From: Somniosus microcephalus
Taxonomy: Eukaryota
DNA length: 64,000 bases
NCBI GenBank assembly: GCA_052327205.1
Contig: CM126204.1
Span: 155,310,001-155,374,000, forward strand
Reading direction: 5' to 3'
The notes under the pieces were generated by a model. It saw only the letters and a list, made by a program, of their open reading frames with translations, searched no databases and was not told where the DNA came from. Shown here piece by piece: positions 11,001 through 25,015 of this stretch. A program made the position numbers and the translations under genes. The first letter of the stretch is position 1, and every line of letters begins with the position of its first letter.

Positions 11001-14000
11001 TAATTCAGTTCAATCTTAAGTAGTTAAAGAAACTGTTTTCGGTTGCCACTAATAACTACTGACCTACAGTGACACTGCTCCACAATAGGCTTGTCAGGCC
11101 TGTAAAGTTGTACCAAAGAAGCTGATTAGTACTTGAAGAGGTTTGTAGCAAGAATCAATGGTTCGTCTGTACTAATACTGTGGTTCCAGCACAAAATGAT
11201 AATAGTGGAACACATTAGTTATGCCTCATTAAGCTCCACGATCCTCAAAAGAAATTTGTTTAGCCTACCCAAAAATCTAATGCAGATTTAAGCTTCCAAT
11301 GCTGAATTTTATAATTACACACACAACATACAATAAAGTCATAGCCAACAGACCTTAAAGGGAATAGCTTCCAAAGTAAGAGAAGTGATTTTTGCCAAGT
11401 TCCAGAAATGTATAAATTTTATATCATAATTGATGCATTGCCCAGGTATTTAACAAAATAAACTAAAAGGCAATATTTTTCTAGTCAAGGCACTGAGAAT
11501 AAGGGAAGGTCAAAGCAAATTAAATTTTAAAAATGGAGTAGGAATTGGTCAAAAACAAAAAAAAGACACTATTCTGAATATGAAGATTAGATACAGGTTA
11601 GTTGTTAAGAACTCCTAAATAAAACTACATAATCAGAGTTATCAGAAAACAAAAACAAAAGTCTAAAAGGCACTTAGAAAGATAACCAGCACTTTAAAAG
11701 TGTTTTTCTTATTTTAGCAGATGGTCTCAACTTTGTGTACTTTTTACATTTAAACTCATTTATTCAATGACTGCTTTGTATTAATATCTCCACTACAGTC
11801 AAGTTCATTAAACCAAAACTAAATGGAATGCAATAAAGTGAAAATGTTCAAGCAAAGTAGAGGGTATTTTGTTGATCACATTTTTCACCAATCTATATGT
11901 AGTTTGCAAAATGCTGAACAAAATGATCACGGTTAAAGAGAGAAGTCTGCTAACCGGAGGGTCATATCAAAATGTTAACTGATTACCTAATGTAGATCTG
12001 ATCCATCTTACTCCTTAAACCACAGCCTTAATTATATGAACAGAATAAAGATCCAAGGCAAAACAAGAAAAATTAAGTTCTCTGGAGCAAATTACTTTCC
12101 ATTAAAAGAGAAGCCCAAAATAGTCTAAGTATTAGAAGTAGAACAGGAGATTTCCTAATTGGGAGAAGAATTATTTTCCATATAGCTAATGCCAAAAGTC
12201 AGTTTGCATGAGCATCGACTGAATCTTACGGAGTTCCTGAGGAATGAAAGGGAATAGCCTCCTTGATCCAGCCATCTGATACATAACCACTCACCTGCTA
12301 TCCAGGGAAAGCAGTCATGGGAACTCACTGTTAGAGCATAGAGGCAGCAGCACCATCACATGCTGCTTTCTTTCTGGGCTCTTATCTGTCCTCTGGCAGG
12401 ATCTCAAAATCTGGACATGAAGTCTACTCTGGCACAAAAGCAGTATGTCCAGCTGCATGTAAAGCTCAGATATATTTGGGGTTTGTTGGGTTTACAGCAA
12501 TGTTTAATTGGTCACTAAAGAGAAGGTTTCCTTTCAGCTCAGTGGGGAACTAGATATCCTGAGTAAGGTATGTCTACTGGGCAGTATATCTCGAGTCACA
12601 GATCTAAACCCTATAATCAAAGGAGTCAAATGTAGACTGCTGCTAGAGATTAGCAATCTGATTACCCATTATTAGCTTGGAGAGCATCTTTGAGAGGCAG
12701 AAGCTTGACTTACAGTAATACGGTCCCCGATTGGGAACCCAATGGACCGAAAACGATGCCAACCTCATTTGGAGGTTGCCTTGAGCAAATAACATTTTGA
12801 TCTAGTCTTAGTTTCTTTCTCTTGTTTACAGGGACTCAAAAGTACTGTGCTTCAGCAGCTGTGATTTTGTTAATCCCACCACATACAAAGCAAGGCATCC
12901 AAGGAGTTGAGTTGTGAATCAAAGCTTTTTAAAAATCTATGGAGAGCTGCAGATTATCCCTATGTGAATGCTGATCCCAGCTACAGCAAACTATTCAGTT
13001 CAGGCCTCCACCTAAAAAGTCTTTAGGAATATGGGGGAGACGAAAGTCAATGTAGTTCACCAAGAGTTGTTGTGGAATAAGTCAGTCCTCGCAGTTAGGA
13101 ATTTGGAGGAGAAAGAACTAATTCAAATAATGGACCAGCATGCTACCTCCCATCCACTATCAACATCATTTAAAAAGAACCTTACAGTATAATTCACAAC
13201 TGTAAAAAAAAAATTACAAACCACAGTGGGAATGTAGAAACTAAAATCGGAAATTAACAATGAGGTCTTGCTGCCTTAGTTTGACTGGCAAAGCTAATTA
13301 AGTTCAGTTCAAATTTATGGTTACTTTTATTGGCTTGTGTAACAAGAGCACAATGCGGAGAAGATTAATATTCATGTATATTTTTTTCAATGTACAGGAT
13401 CTTTTATAGCATGCTTTCAGAAGCAAAAGCCCAATTCTTGTTAACAGGATTAAAGACAGCCTCCGAATGGATAGTTACCCTGTTAACAGGAATATTTTAA
13501 ATCAAGCAACAAGTTATAGAAGGGGGATAAAAGGACAATTTTCCTAACCTTGGGTTTGCATTAATTAGCGGGCTTCTACTGTTTGTACATAAACATCTAT
13601 GCTTTATAGCTGTGAAATCTGAAGAATGGGGCTATTTTTGTGTTATATTAAGAGATCTCTGAAGGAGTATTCCCATGTATAAAAGATCACTTTTGTTCTG
13701 CTCGGTGGACAGTTTGCTCAGGTTATTTTGGATCCAGTTAAACATCTACCCAAAGATCTTTCCCTGACCATGTACTTACCTGGCAGGTGAACCAAGGTTG
13801 TACACATCACTAGAAATTTTCAATAAACAACTTCAAGTGATGCTGTAGTTGAAAACTCTCTCAAACAAATTGTTTTGGGATTTAACTGGCTGATAGCAAG
13901 TCATGCCCCGTGTCATAATTTGACATGCATGCAAGCATTTCCAAGCTAAGTACCTCATCTTTTCTTCACCAATTTTTATTCCCTCCTTACCAGGTACAGT

Positions 14001-15140
14001 AGTGCAGGTACCCACTGCCCTCCAGCACCTCAGCCAAGTGGTCATTATTCATGCACGGGCCTCAAAAGGATATCTGGTCATAGGGGGCATCATAGCTGAC
14101 ATCCACACAATCATTTGTGATTGGGGATCACAGAATAGCTCTCAAAAACAGGAGCCCTGAGTCTTTTTCTCATTCCCTAAACAGATATGCTGAGGCCAAC
14201 AGTAGTACTCCTACAGCTGAGATCAACTAACTCAACATGCTGATCCATCAGGTGTGCATAAATGTCCCACTTTAAAGTAGAGGATTTGGCAAGAACAAAA
14301 AGGAAGTAGAGAGTCAGACCACAGTTGTTATAATTCATAACAGCAAGCTATATATCAGAGCTCTTCTAGCTGTATTGCAGTTTGGGAACCAAAGAACTCA
14401 GGATACCCTTAATGGGATCTGACTTTTCAGACAAGGGTCTGACAAACTCACCTGCTAAATGCATCAAGAAAAAAATATATATATGCATTTTCTCTTTTCA
14501 TGTATGCTCCTATAAACAAGACAGCACTTTAAAGACATTAAGCATGGTACAATTTACATACCCCGAGAGTTGATAGCAAAAATCCTTTTCCATAAAAGCA
14601 CAAGCTTTTCCACTAAATAATTACTTTTCTAGACAAGGCTGAACAGAACCATTTCAATTGTGGCAGGTAACACAAGAACTATTCTTACAAACTAGAAATC
14701 AACTACCCTAATGTGCTAATCACAGATCTCCATATGCCCCATCTAGATACAAGATCAATATTAAATAAAGGCAATATTAGAATATTGTAAAATATTAGAA
14801 AAAACAAACTGACAGAAGGAAGATAACAAAGGAAGGAAAGGAAGAAAGAAAGCAAAAACATGAATTTATATAATGCCCTTCACATCTTCAGCACTTTACA
14901 GCTGAAGTATTTTTGAAGTGGTGTAATGTAGGCAAACACAATCACCAATTGTGGACAGCAAGGTCCCATAAACAATCATGAGATAAATGTCTAGTTAATC
15001 TGTTTTTGCTTTGTTGGTTGAGGGATGTAGGCCAGGACAATAAAGTAAATAAGTGAAATCTCATTATACTGCATTCATTCTATTTGTTTTCTAGATAGGT
15101 TAAGTAAAACACAGCCTTAAAATTACATTATTAATCTTAC

Positions 15141-15204
15141 CTCTGAGGTATAAGCTGCTGAAAAAGCGGTTGTGGACCTCGCCATGAATCTTGGGGTCTC
15201 AAAC
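15141..15204 (-). CDS. XRN2: XRN2 exon (LRPQDSWRGPQPLFQQLIPQ-R)
   Basis: 64 nt; RPQDSWRGP.PLFQQ conserved. Confidence 0.95.
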
Positions 15205-18200
15205 CTGTAGATTATAATTATAATATAATTACAACACAATTCTAGAAATTCTTCCACATTTTGCACACTAGAAAACTGCAATATTGGGACTTTTAAACCC
15301 CCCCCCCACCATAAATCTGTTCAGTCTTTATATAGAACATTACAACCAAGCTTCACTTTTGTTTTACAAAAGTTCAGCTATCCAACAGTCAATTAAATTT
15401 CCATGAAATCCCACATACTAAATGGCAAATCCATGCATGTTTACTACCTGCAATTACCTTTTCGGTTGACAGCAAAACACCTGTTTAAAGTGGTGTTGTT
15501 TTAATAATGCTTTAAAAATATTTTTAAAGCTGTAAATTATCACACTAGATGTGCAATGAGATCAGACACTGGCATTTCACCTCTGATGCCAATGTTCAAA
15601 TTGAGCTCAAACTTAGCTAAGTAAGGGTCCTACATAATCTGTGTTAGGCTGGTCTCAGTCGACTTCCCAGTGCCTAATTCAGCACCAGCTGACAGAGTGA
15701 GACTGCTAGTTATTAGCTATGTTACTCCAAAGCCATTAGGTATCAGGTGTGAGAGATGAAAACATGTTACACTGATACATGAGTGGATGCTCTTGAGGTT
15801 GGGGCTGAATTACATTGTTGAAGCGCTCTCTGTTCTGCACCTAGCTATGCTAACTGGGAAATGCTTTATGCTGGCACTAGGTCTCCAAAATGGCAAATGT
15901 TGTACTTCCACATCAATCATCCCTTACCTTGAGCACAAAATTCAGACAAAAAATTTGAATTTGCTTTGGATTAGTTTATTGTGCTACCCCTGCGGTTAAG
16001 ACATATTCAGCACATCGTTCCATTTTGTTTGACCTTGCTCAGAGAAAAGCAGCGAACAGGTTTAACTGAATGGGCATAACATTCAGTGCTAATTTGTCTG
16101 CAGTTTGCTCAGTGGGTAAGGGTGAAGCAGTCTTGGCATTTACAAAATGCATTTACATGACATTAGGATACAGAGCATACCTGTATATATTCATATACAA
16201 GAAAAGATTGCAGATCATAAATATAAATAGTTTGAAGATCCAAGTCATTAATCAGATTCTGGTCTATTCCTAGCAACATTGGAGATGCAGCACTCAGGTG
16301 TACTCTTGGATACATGTATGCTGTAATGCTTTCTTTTCCTACACCCATTTCTCTCCTGTTATGTGCTCTGACATCTAACCTGGGGTTCATATTAGCCATG
16401 AGGAGGGATACCATGGTGCCTACTAACTCTTCCTACCACAGAGAGATACGTGACTTCCACTTAGCATTTCCTCACAGCAATATTGCAGAAAGAACTCAGC
16501 AAAAAGGGTGTAGGGAGTGCCCACTATCCACACTGTCACTGCAGATTGGTACTCCAATGTATCACCTCATAACAAGGCTTCCTTTATGTAAAAGAAAATT
16601 AATGCAATTAGAGGCACTTTCTCGATTAGAAATATTAATGCTGTCAGCCCAGGGAAGTATAGAGCAAGTCATCTTCAATGACAGTAACTGGACTGCTCAG
16701 AGGAAACAAATTTGAACATCTGTGTTACTAAAAGTACAACTGTGCCAATGATATCACTTTCTGTTTCCAGTATACTCTGGGGAAATTATGCAAAGTTCAT
16801 AGAATAAAATTGACAAGTAATAATTTTTCAAGAGAGCGAGCCTTTGTCTTAGTGGCAGCATTCCTGCCTCAGAATCAGAAGTTGCATGGTTCAAACCCTG
16901 CTCCAGACAGTCCCAGCAAGCTCTGGCTCTGAATCCTAAGGTGACATGCAGAGGGCTACTCTTGTCCGGGTGGCCCCTTTCATCGTATGGGTTGTGTGAG
17001 CCCATAAAATCCTCCCGCCGTACAGGGCTAACCACCCTATCAGCTAAGATGGTTATGGTCATGGACTGCTAATCAACCTTGGAAAGTATGAAAACAGCAT
17101 AATTTTTCAAGAAACAAAAGTGAAATCTTCCATCTCTCTTCCTTCCTAATGAAATTCCTCAGGATTCTTTTAACTTTAGTTGAATCTCTCCCAAAAATAG
17201 CAGCAGGGTATTAAATGGGAAAAGGATGCAGTTACCCTAATTCCTTTTACCCCAAACTCTGGTGCAAATGTCTTAGCAAGCACAGTATGTCACAAGCAAA
17301 GCATAATCTGAAGCTCAAGTATTCTAAATCAATTGAACAAACACTGAAAAAGGTCTCTAACCAATAGCTCTCTGGTCATTTTACAATATGGAGCAAATTG
17401 CAAATCAATCAAAACCCTTTGACAATTCTTATTTTCTTTAATGAACTCATGATTATCAGAAGTAAAACCAGCAACACTTGCTGGCTAATGAGGCAGAATG
17501 AAAGAAAACATTGGCCGGATTTTTTTTTTTTTTAAACCTGGGAACCCGCTGGGGGCAGGGTAGAGCGCGAGAAACCCGGCTGTGCAGTTTTAATTCCACA
17601 GCGGCGCGTGACGTCACAGGCAGGTTCCTCGCCTGACTGACAGGCTGGCTTCCAGTTGGGCGGGGAAAGCTAGACAAGAGGGCGCAACCCCGGGTAGGTG
17701 CAAGCCCCAACCTTGGGGTGGGGGTCCCGATCCCTGACCGGGGAGGGGGCGGGGGGAAAGAGAACTTGGGGTCCAAAAGGAAGCACTCCCACTTCTCCCA
17801 GCCCACAAGGAGTGCTCCGTGAGGCCATCCTCGCCTCGATGCAGCTGCTGGGATTCCAGAGGCCTAGGGTCCCTGGCCTGCCACAGTTAAAATTGCAAAG
17901 CAGGTTAACTCAAAGGCTTCCAGTTTTATCATAATGTTTAAAGTGCCAACCCACCTCCTGGGAGCGGGTTGGCTGCCCGCCCCCAGCCCCGCCTCGTTTT
18001 AAACCGGAAGTGGGTGGGTTGGAGTCGGGATTATGATTTTTAACAAGTTAACCTCCCACCCAACCCACCCGTTTGTTTGGTGTTAAAATTCCCCACATTG
18101 ACATTTTCCCTCTGGGTGGTTGCATCTCTATAAAAGCAAAATTTAACACTGGGCATCAAATACTATCCACTAAAAGTGCTATAATTTGAAGGTACAAGTT

Positions 18201-18368
18201 CATCCTCATGTAATTACTAGAGCTGCAACCAATGATGCCCCAAGTTTTAAATTTGGGTGCGCGCTCCCCTTAATGGGCTGCGTGGACCCAAGTTTTGCGC
18301 ATGCTCAAAACTTCACATCGGAAAAGCCGGTCACGCGGGACTGGCAGACAGCTGCGCAACTTGAGGGG

Positions 18369-19503
18369 ACATAAAAACTCTTCTACCCATATTCATGGTC
18401 ACCCCCTTGACCTCAGCAGCCTCTCTACTCCCACAGTCTTCATCTTTAACAAGGCCATCTCCAACCAATTCCTTGTAGCCCTCACCACCCTCCCAACTTC
18501 ATTTACCCCTGTCCCACCTCTGGAAAAATTTACTAATGTAAATTTAAGCCCATTACTACTATTTCCCCGTTAGGTCCTTCTCGCTTCCCTTTTAATTCCC
18601 CCAACCACACCACCTTTCATTACACACTCACTGGGGACTAAACCTCACCAACCTCCTTCTGGTCCTGCTCACCCCACCTACCAATGCCCCCTTGTACTCT
18701 GCCAGCAGAAAAACAGACCACCCCTCTCTGAATTTCTCTCCAGAAGGTCTGTTCACTAGCGAAAAAGGTTCTTCAAATCCACAACTTATTGTAGATGAAC
18801 GTATGGACCTCCTGGCTTTGACTGAAACTTGGCTAACAGGTGGAGACACCCTCTCTTTTACGGAAGCTTCCCCGCCTGGCTATACTTTCCACCAACTGCC
18901 CTGCCTGAACTGCCATAGTGGCAGTGTCACCCTTAGCACCAAGTCACACTTTGGCCTCTCCCCGCCATCTTCTCATTCAAGCATCTCACCTCGTTACAAA
19001 CCTCTCGCCTATGCTTTAAAATCCTCATGGTCTACAAGCCTCCCAAGCTCCACCCAGAGATATCTTCCCTCTTCCAGCCTCTACATTGAATGCCACTTCA
19101 TCTTCAATTTCTGCTCTCCTTAACGTTACTCCAATGAGCTCACTGCCTTCCAGTCATCCCTAAACCTCTCCCTCCATAAAAACTCTTCCAACCATATTCA
19201 TGGTCATCCCCTTGACCTCAGCATCACCTGCAGCCTCTCTACTCCCACGGTCTTCTTCATTGACGAGGCCATCTCCAACCAATTCCTTGTAACGCTCACC
19301 ACCCTTCCAACTTCATTTACTCCTGTCCCACCTCTGGAAAAATTCTTTCCCAAGTTACTTACAACCACACTTTCAAAGTCCCACTATCTCCCATCCTAGT
19401 GATTCACTCTGGCATGGCCCCTATCTTCAATCCATAAAGTTAAAGGATGCAGATTCGAGCATATTTTGGTTTAGCCATCCATCACCAGATCAGGCTGGAC
19501 CAC
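18369..19503 (+). mobile_element. L2-type LINE fragment (AP-endonuclease region) with internal duplication
   Basis: DLLALTETWL and THIHGHPLDL motifs; 18370-18530 repeated at about 19175-19345. Confidence 0.7.
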
Positions 19504-19551
19504 AAAAAAAGTAAAAAAATGTTTTTATTACAAAAATGAGATTAAACTCAC

Positions 19552-19647
19552 CTATGTTAGAAATGCCTGGAACAATGTTTTTCGTGGCAAGCCTGTAAGA
19601 TGCCGGAACCTTGGGTTCATACAAGTTCGCAGAGCCATCACTGTTAG
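19552..19647 (-). CDS. Candidate extra/alternative XRN2 cassette exon (T-NSDGSANLYEPKVPASYRLATKNIVPGISNI-G)
   Basis: 96 nt, stop-free, phase 1-1 matching the host intron, strong AG/gtgagt donor, modest tctcttcag acceptor; no homology recognised. Confidence 0.35.
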   Translation of the reverse strand, partial: LTVMALRTCMNPRFRHLTGLPRKTLFQAFLT

Positions 19648-20524
19648 CTGAAGAGACTAACCATGACAGCAGCCTACAGCATCGGTTACAACTTTTAGAA
19701 TTTTTTGATTGACAAGAATGGGCATCCACGAAGCATATTAGATATTTCTGTTTCTAAACCCGACTCATCCAATGGAAAATTGAAACTCTCAGAAATAACT
19801 GACAATGAAAGTAACTGGAATCTGTCTTTTCTTTTGCATAAAGGCAATATGAACACCAACTTCTTTTCCTGAGGCATTATATTTGAGAACAATTTACATT
19901 ACTATATTCAAAGGGTTATTTCCAGCATGTTTATGTCTGAGAAATGAAACTTTAAACGATGTCAAATTTCAAAGTGGAATCTTAACCTTTAAAAAAAAGT
20001 CCCAACCGCATATAGCGGGTGTGTTCATGCCAACTCAATTTGCCCGCTATACACGGTGGAATGTAAAACCACCTGAATGAAGCTGCCAAAAGACTCCACT
20101 TTCTGACCGCCTCCCATAGTTGTTAAAAAAGTAACAACCACGGTGTCTGAAGTCTCCATCAGCTGCTGGCACTGTTAACAGTTAACAACTATGAGAGCCA
20201 GTTGTTTACAGTGCAAACAGCTGATTGAAGCTGCTTGAAGACCTGACTTTCTTGAATTCAGCACAGCTTTGAAATCGTTAAGTACTGAAGCTGCCCAAAA
20301 TAGCCTGCGCACTTGATACATTTTAAGCAGCTTCGTTGTAATTGACACCTATGGTGATGACAAACGGTTAGCGCCATTTGCCCGATATCGGCGACTGTCT
20401 GTGATAAACACAGATGGTGTAAGTGGTGGGGACTGTATTCTAAACTGTTACAGTAGCTGCCTTTTATTTGTACTGAGAATTTGAAAACTATGGTGTACAT
20501 ATAAATGGATAGTATCACCCGACT

Positions 20525-20850
20525 GCGCTGTAATATTCTTCGGCAGCACCTCCCAAACCCACGACTCCTACCACCAGAAGGACAATGGCAGCAGGCACAT
20601 GAGAACACCACCACCTCCAAGTTCTCCTCCAACTTACACACCATCCTGACTTGGAAATATATTGCCATTCCTTCATCGTCGCTGGATCAAAATCCTGGAA
20701 CTCCCTCCCTGACAGCACTACGAGTACCTTCACCGCACAGACTGCAGCGGTCCAAGGCGGCGGCTCACCACCCCCTTCTCAAGGGCAATTAGAGATGGGC
20801 AATAAATGCTGGCCTTGCTAGCAATGCTCACATCCCAGGAATAAATAAAA
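20525..20850 (+). mobile_element. Same LINE family, 3' end
   Basis: Aligns by eye with 34210-34525. Confidence 0.8.
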
Positions 20851-22504
20851 AAATCATTAAGTCATGAGGGATATTCTGAAGCATACTATCACCCACTCCC
20901 ACACCTCACATTAGGACAGTGAATCATTGGCTGCACTGAGAAAAGTTACAGGCAATCTGCATATGTCTCCAGAAGGACTTCAATTCATGTTCACTACAAA
21001 AATACACTGCACAGGAATGAGCTTGCCTCATGCTCACAAGAACCTTGCAAATCTAACTCTAGGGAAGGTCAGATGTTGAGATCTTGTAATACGGGGTTAC
21101 AGCCCCGAGCATCCTGAAAGGGTTTCCCAGTAACTTTACTGACACTGCACTATATTGTATTGTGGCAAACAAAGAAACCTGAATATATGACACTAGTTCA
21201 AATGTAGAAAAATAACTTGTATCTGGAAAGGAAATATTGCATTTTTAAGTATCAAGTACAGTATTTGAATCAGTCTTAGATATGCTTTTTGAACATGTTT
21301 GTATAATTTTAATTGATTATAGAAATCAAAATTGCCAAATTCAATAAAGCAAATATTACGATTAATTACATTTCTAATAGCAACTTCTGTTTGCAGAAAC
21401 TATTGGCATGATATGTTGATCATTCTGCTCACGTGCAAGTTTCAGACTTGTTCAAATGAGGATTAGAACAAGTTTTTCATAACTTATAATGAAGACTGAT
21501 TAGGTTTTAGGTTTGTGAAAATCACTGTACAAGATTCTTGGAACAATTATCTACATTTTTGGGGGATGGGAAGAGAAATCAAGATATCAATCTGTGAAAT
21601 GAGTATGGTGATTTAACTTAAGCAGCACAGGATACATTACAAGAAAATACCTTGGTTCACCTAGAAGCAGCATTTTGTTTAAAAAAGAAAGCTTTCTTTT
21701 TTTTTATACAACTAAGCATTAAATTGCAGAGAGAAAAGCTCATCACTTTTCAACCCTATTAGGCCATATTTTTAGATGCTTGTTAACATTTCCACCGTGA
21801 ACTGAAGTGAGAACTCTTCTAATCAGCGTGACAATCAGGAAAAGCCTTGGTGTTTACTGATTGCACTAATCAAAACCAATTTTCAAATGCAGTTAATTGG
21901 CAAGCTTACAATGAAATGAAAGCATGTCATAAATCAGATTCAATTTTGGATTGCAAAAACCAAATATGCTATTCACATCAAGTGCTTGCAGACTGCACTT
22001 GACTCCCACAAGTTATCAGCACTCAGACAATTCATCAGCGGCACGTAGACTGAAATATCCTAGTCAAATCAAAGACTGCTGATGGAAACACCCACAACAT
22101 ATATTTTAGGGTGGAGGGGGAAAAAAAATAACATTCTGATTGACCGTACTGCCCTTCCACTATCTATAACCAATTCTCAACACCACTAACCTTTGACACG
22201 ATTTTCCACAGGCAGTAAGTGGACTGTGGGGGGGTGGGGGTGCTGATAACAGTAGAAGACATGCAATGATTTTATTGCATTAACAATTCAAAATTAAATG
22301 TTTTGTAGCACCAAAATGGGAATTAGCTGGTTGTGGAAAATTTCTGAAGCCAGGATTTTTAAAATAAATTTGAATATGTACTAGCAAGTGGAACTGAAAA
22401 AGCACATCAATTCTCATAACTGCACAACAGAAACAGATATACCACAGGAGATGCACTCATGCCAATGAGAACAGTGCAGATGTTATTGACACATATTAGG
22501 AAGA

Positions 22505-23100
22505 CTGAAGTACAGTTTTGGTCTCCTTACCGAAAGAAGGATATATTTGCCTTAGGAGTGCAACGAACGTTCAGTGGATTGATTCCTGGGATGGGGGGGA
22601 TTGTTCGATGAGGAGAGATTGAATTCTCTACTCCAGAGGACTGTGGATGCTCAGTCATTGAGTATATTCAAGACAGAGAGCGATAGATTTTTGGTCACTA
22701 AGAGAATCAAGGGACATGGGGATAGAGCAGGAAGGTGGAGTTGATGTAGGAGAGCATGCTTACTGTTTTAAGTTCTTAACGCATGACAAAAAAGTGACCC
22801 GATGTGTCAAACTTGATTATTGGACTTTGGATCCTCAACTGACTGAAACTAGGTCCAAATCCAGTTTTCCAGCCATCGGTGTTCAGTGATAGTAGCAGCG
22901 AGAATGTGGAACTCACTACCACATGGAGTAATTGAGGCGAATAGCATAGATGCATTTAAGGGGAAGCAAGATAAGTACACGAGGGAGAAAGGAGTAGAAG
23001 GATACGCTGAGATGAAGCAAGGTGGGAGGAGGCTCGAGGAGCATAAACACCGACATACACCTGTTGGGCCGAATGGGCCATTTCTATGCTGTAAAATTCT
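22505..23100 (+). mobile_element. Two adjacent CR1 3' fragments
   Basis: MWNSLPHGVIEANSIDAFKGK and cagttttggtctcctta; boundaries approximate. Confidence 0.7.
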
Positions 23101-24454
23101 ATCTAGTATTTTGATATGGGTCCCAATTCCTCGCAGGAGACAGAAGAGGATAACTAATTAAAATTGAAACAGAAAATGCCAGAAATATACAGAAGCTGCA
23201 TCAGCATCAGAAAACAGAAAAGGCAGGTGAGCATTTTGATAGACACCCTTCAGGTTTCTAGCATTTGCAACTAGAGTTAAGAGTTTAAAAAAAAAAGGTT
23301 TTGTTACAAAATAGAACATATGGTTAGAAATTAGAATGTAAAGGGAGAAAAAGATTACGAAATAGAAAGTACATAAAATCTTAAGTTTTGTAGTTATGGT
23401 TTTATATTGCAGCCTGGCACACTACAGCTGTAGGTCATGTCTCTGAGTACACATAGGGTGCTGCTGCAAGAGAACATGGGCAGGAAATCTAGCATCTGCA
23501 CAGCAACAGTGAGGAGGCCTAACGGAGAGGCCGGGGGGCTGGCTGAATAGTTCAAGAGAGCCTCTGCAGCCTCACGTTCACCGAAGTACAAGTAACTCTT
23601 CTTTAAAAAAAAACTGTTCTTTCTCTCTTCCTCTCATTTCCCCATTTCTTTGCCTCTCTCCTTTTAATTTTTAAGTGTTCTCTTGTTGTTCATTTAGGCT
23701 GTTTGCAATTAGTTTTTCCTTGTTTTTCTGTGTAGCAATTGAAAGTAGAGAAGGAACATTGGGAGAGGGGTGGGGATAGTGAACGGAATTCGTCTTGAGC
23801 GGTCGCGAATCCCAGCATATTGTGCGCCTGCCTGATTTTGAAAATTGGACAGGAATGCAAGACAGGAGACCAATTCACTAGAGCGTTTTGTGCCACCGCC
23901 CAAGATGAATTTCACTGCCATGGTGTCAAAAAAGCCCACACAGCAAGTGACAGGATAACAGAACGCTGCCTTGATTGCAGAGGAGGCAGCAGCATTTGTT
24001 TTAAATATAAGACGCCCAAGTGAAGGTCTCCAGATCGCCAGGATCGCAAACAATCATACATGCACACTCTACCTAGGGGCAAAAAAGTAGCAGGGAGAGG
24101 CACCGAGCTTTCAGTACATGCAGATGTGGAGGCATTGAAAACTTCACAACCCAAGGGTCAGTTCACACATTACAGCTCCAGGAATGGATCAGTTGGCAAG
24201 CGAAGACCCTTGAAAAAGTGGAAGGCCAAGTGAAGGAAAGCTGAGGTATTGAAGCAATGGAAGGTGGTGTTTAAAAACCTCATCCTAGCTGTTCCATTTT
24301 ATCTGCCCTCTCCTGGGTCCAGTGTCAACAGTATTCTTTTTCTCCTTATTGTAAGGCGCTCTGACATTTACCCTCACATGAAGAATACCATATAAATGCA
24401 AGTTGCTGTTTTTTTTTAATAAAGTGACAGTGATATTTGAGCCAATCAGTATAT

Positions 24455-24970
24455 TTGCAACATTAATGTAGTAAAACATCTCAAAGCAATTCACAGGAGC
24501 GTTAGCAAACAAAATGTGACACCGAGCCACATAAGGAGATATTAGGACAGGTGTTTGGTCAAAGAGGTAGGTTTTAAGGAGTCTCTCAGGAGGAGAGGTG
24601 GAGAGACTTAGGGACGGAATTCCAGAGCTCAGAGCCTAGGCAGCTGGAGGCACGGCCGCCAATGGGGGAGCGATTAAAATTGGGGATGCACAAGAGGCCA
24701 GAACTGGAGGAGCGCAGAGATCTGAGGGTTGTAGGGTTGGAGGAGATTAGAGATAGGGAGAACAGAAAATACGAATTTCACTATTACAACTTATATTTAC
24801 ATAGTGCAATTAACATAGAAAAGCACCCACAGGCGCTCCACAGAGACATATGATAAAAATGGATGCCAAGCCAAAGAAGTGGTTTGGTCCAAGAGGTGGG
24901 TTTTATGGAGGATGAGGATCATGAATGACAAGAGGGAGAACAGAGGTGTTTAGGGAGGGGAATTCCAAAT
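24455..24970 (-). mobile_element. L2-type LINE 3' end fragments
   Basis: Similar to 47140-47480 (gacaccgagccacataaggagata...ggaattccagagc). Confidence 0.7.
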
Positions 24971-25015
24971 GCTGAGATTGTGAACAGTCGGTTTCATTTC
25001 CCGCCTATTCTTCTC

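Noticed and set aside
12295-12327. 33-nt pseudo-exon with CAG/gtgagt donor (possible poison exon)
   Set aside because: In-frame TGA, poor polypyrimidine tract and no independent support
17505-18095. GC/CpG-rich patch as a promoter CpG island
   Set aside because: Mid-intron, and ends in ttaaaattcccc-type termini like other TIR remnants here; more likely a non-autonomous DNA element, boundaries not resolvable
23735-24260. Possible Harbinger/Myb-like transposon remnant (also about 45300-46290)
   Set aside because: Too decayed to support termini or a protein motif by eye
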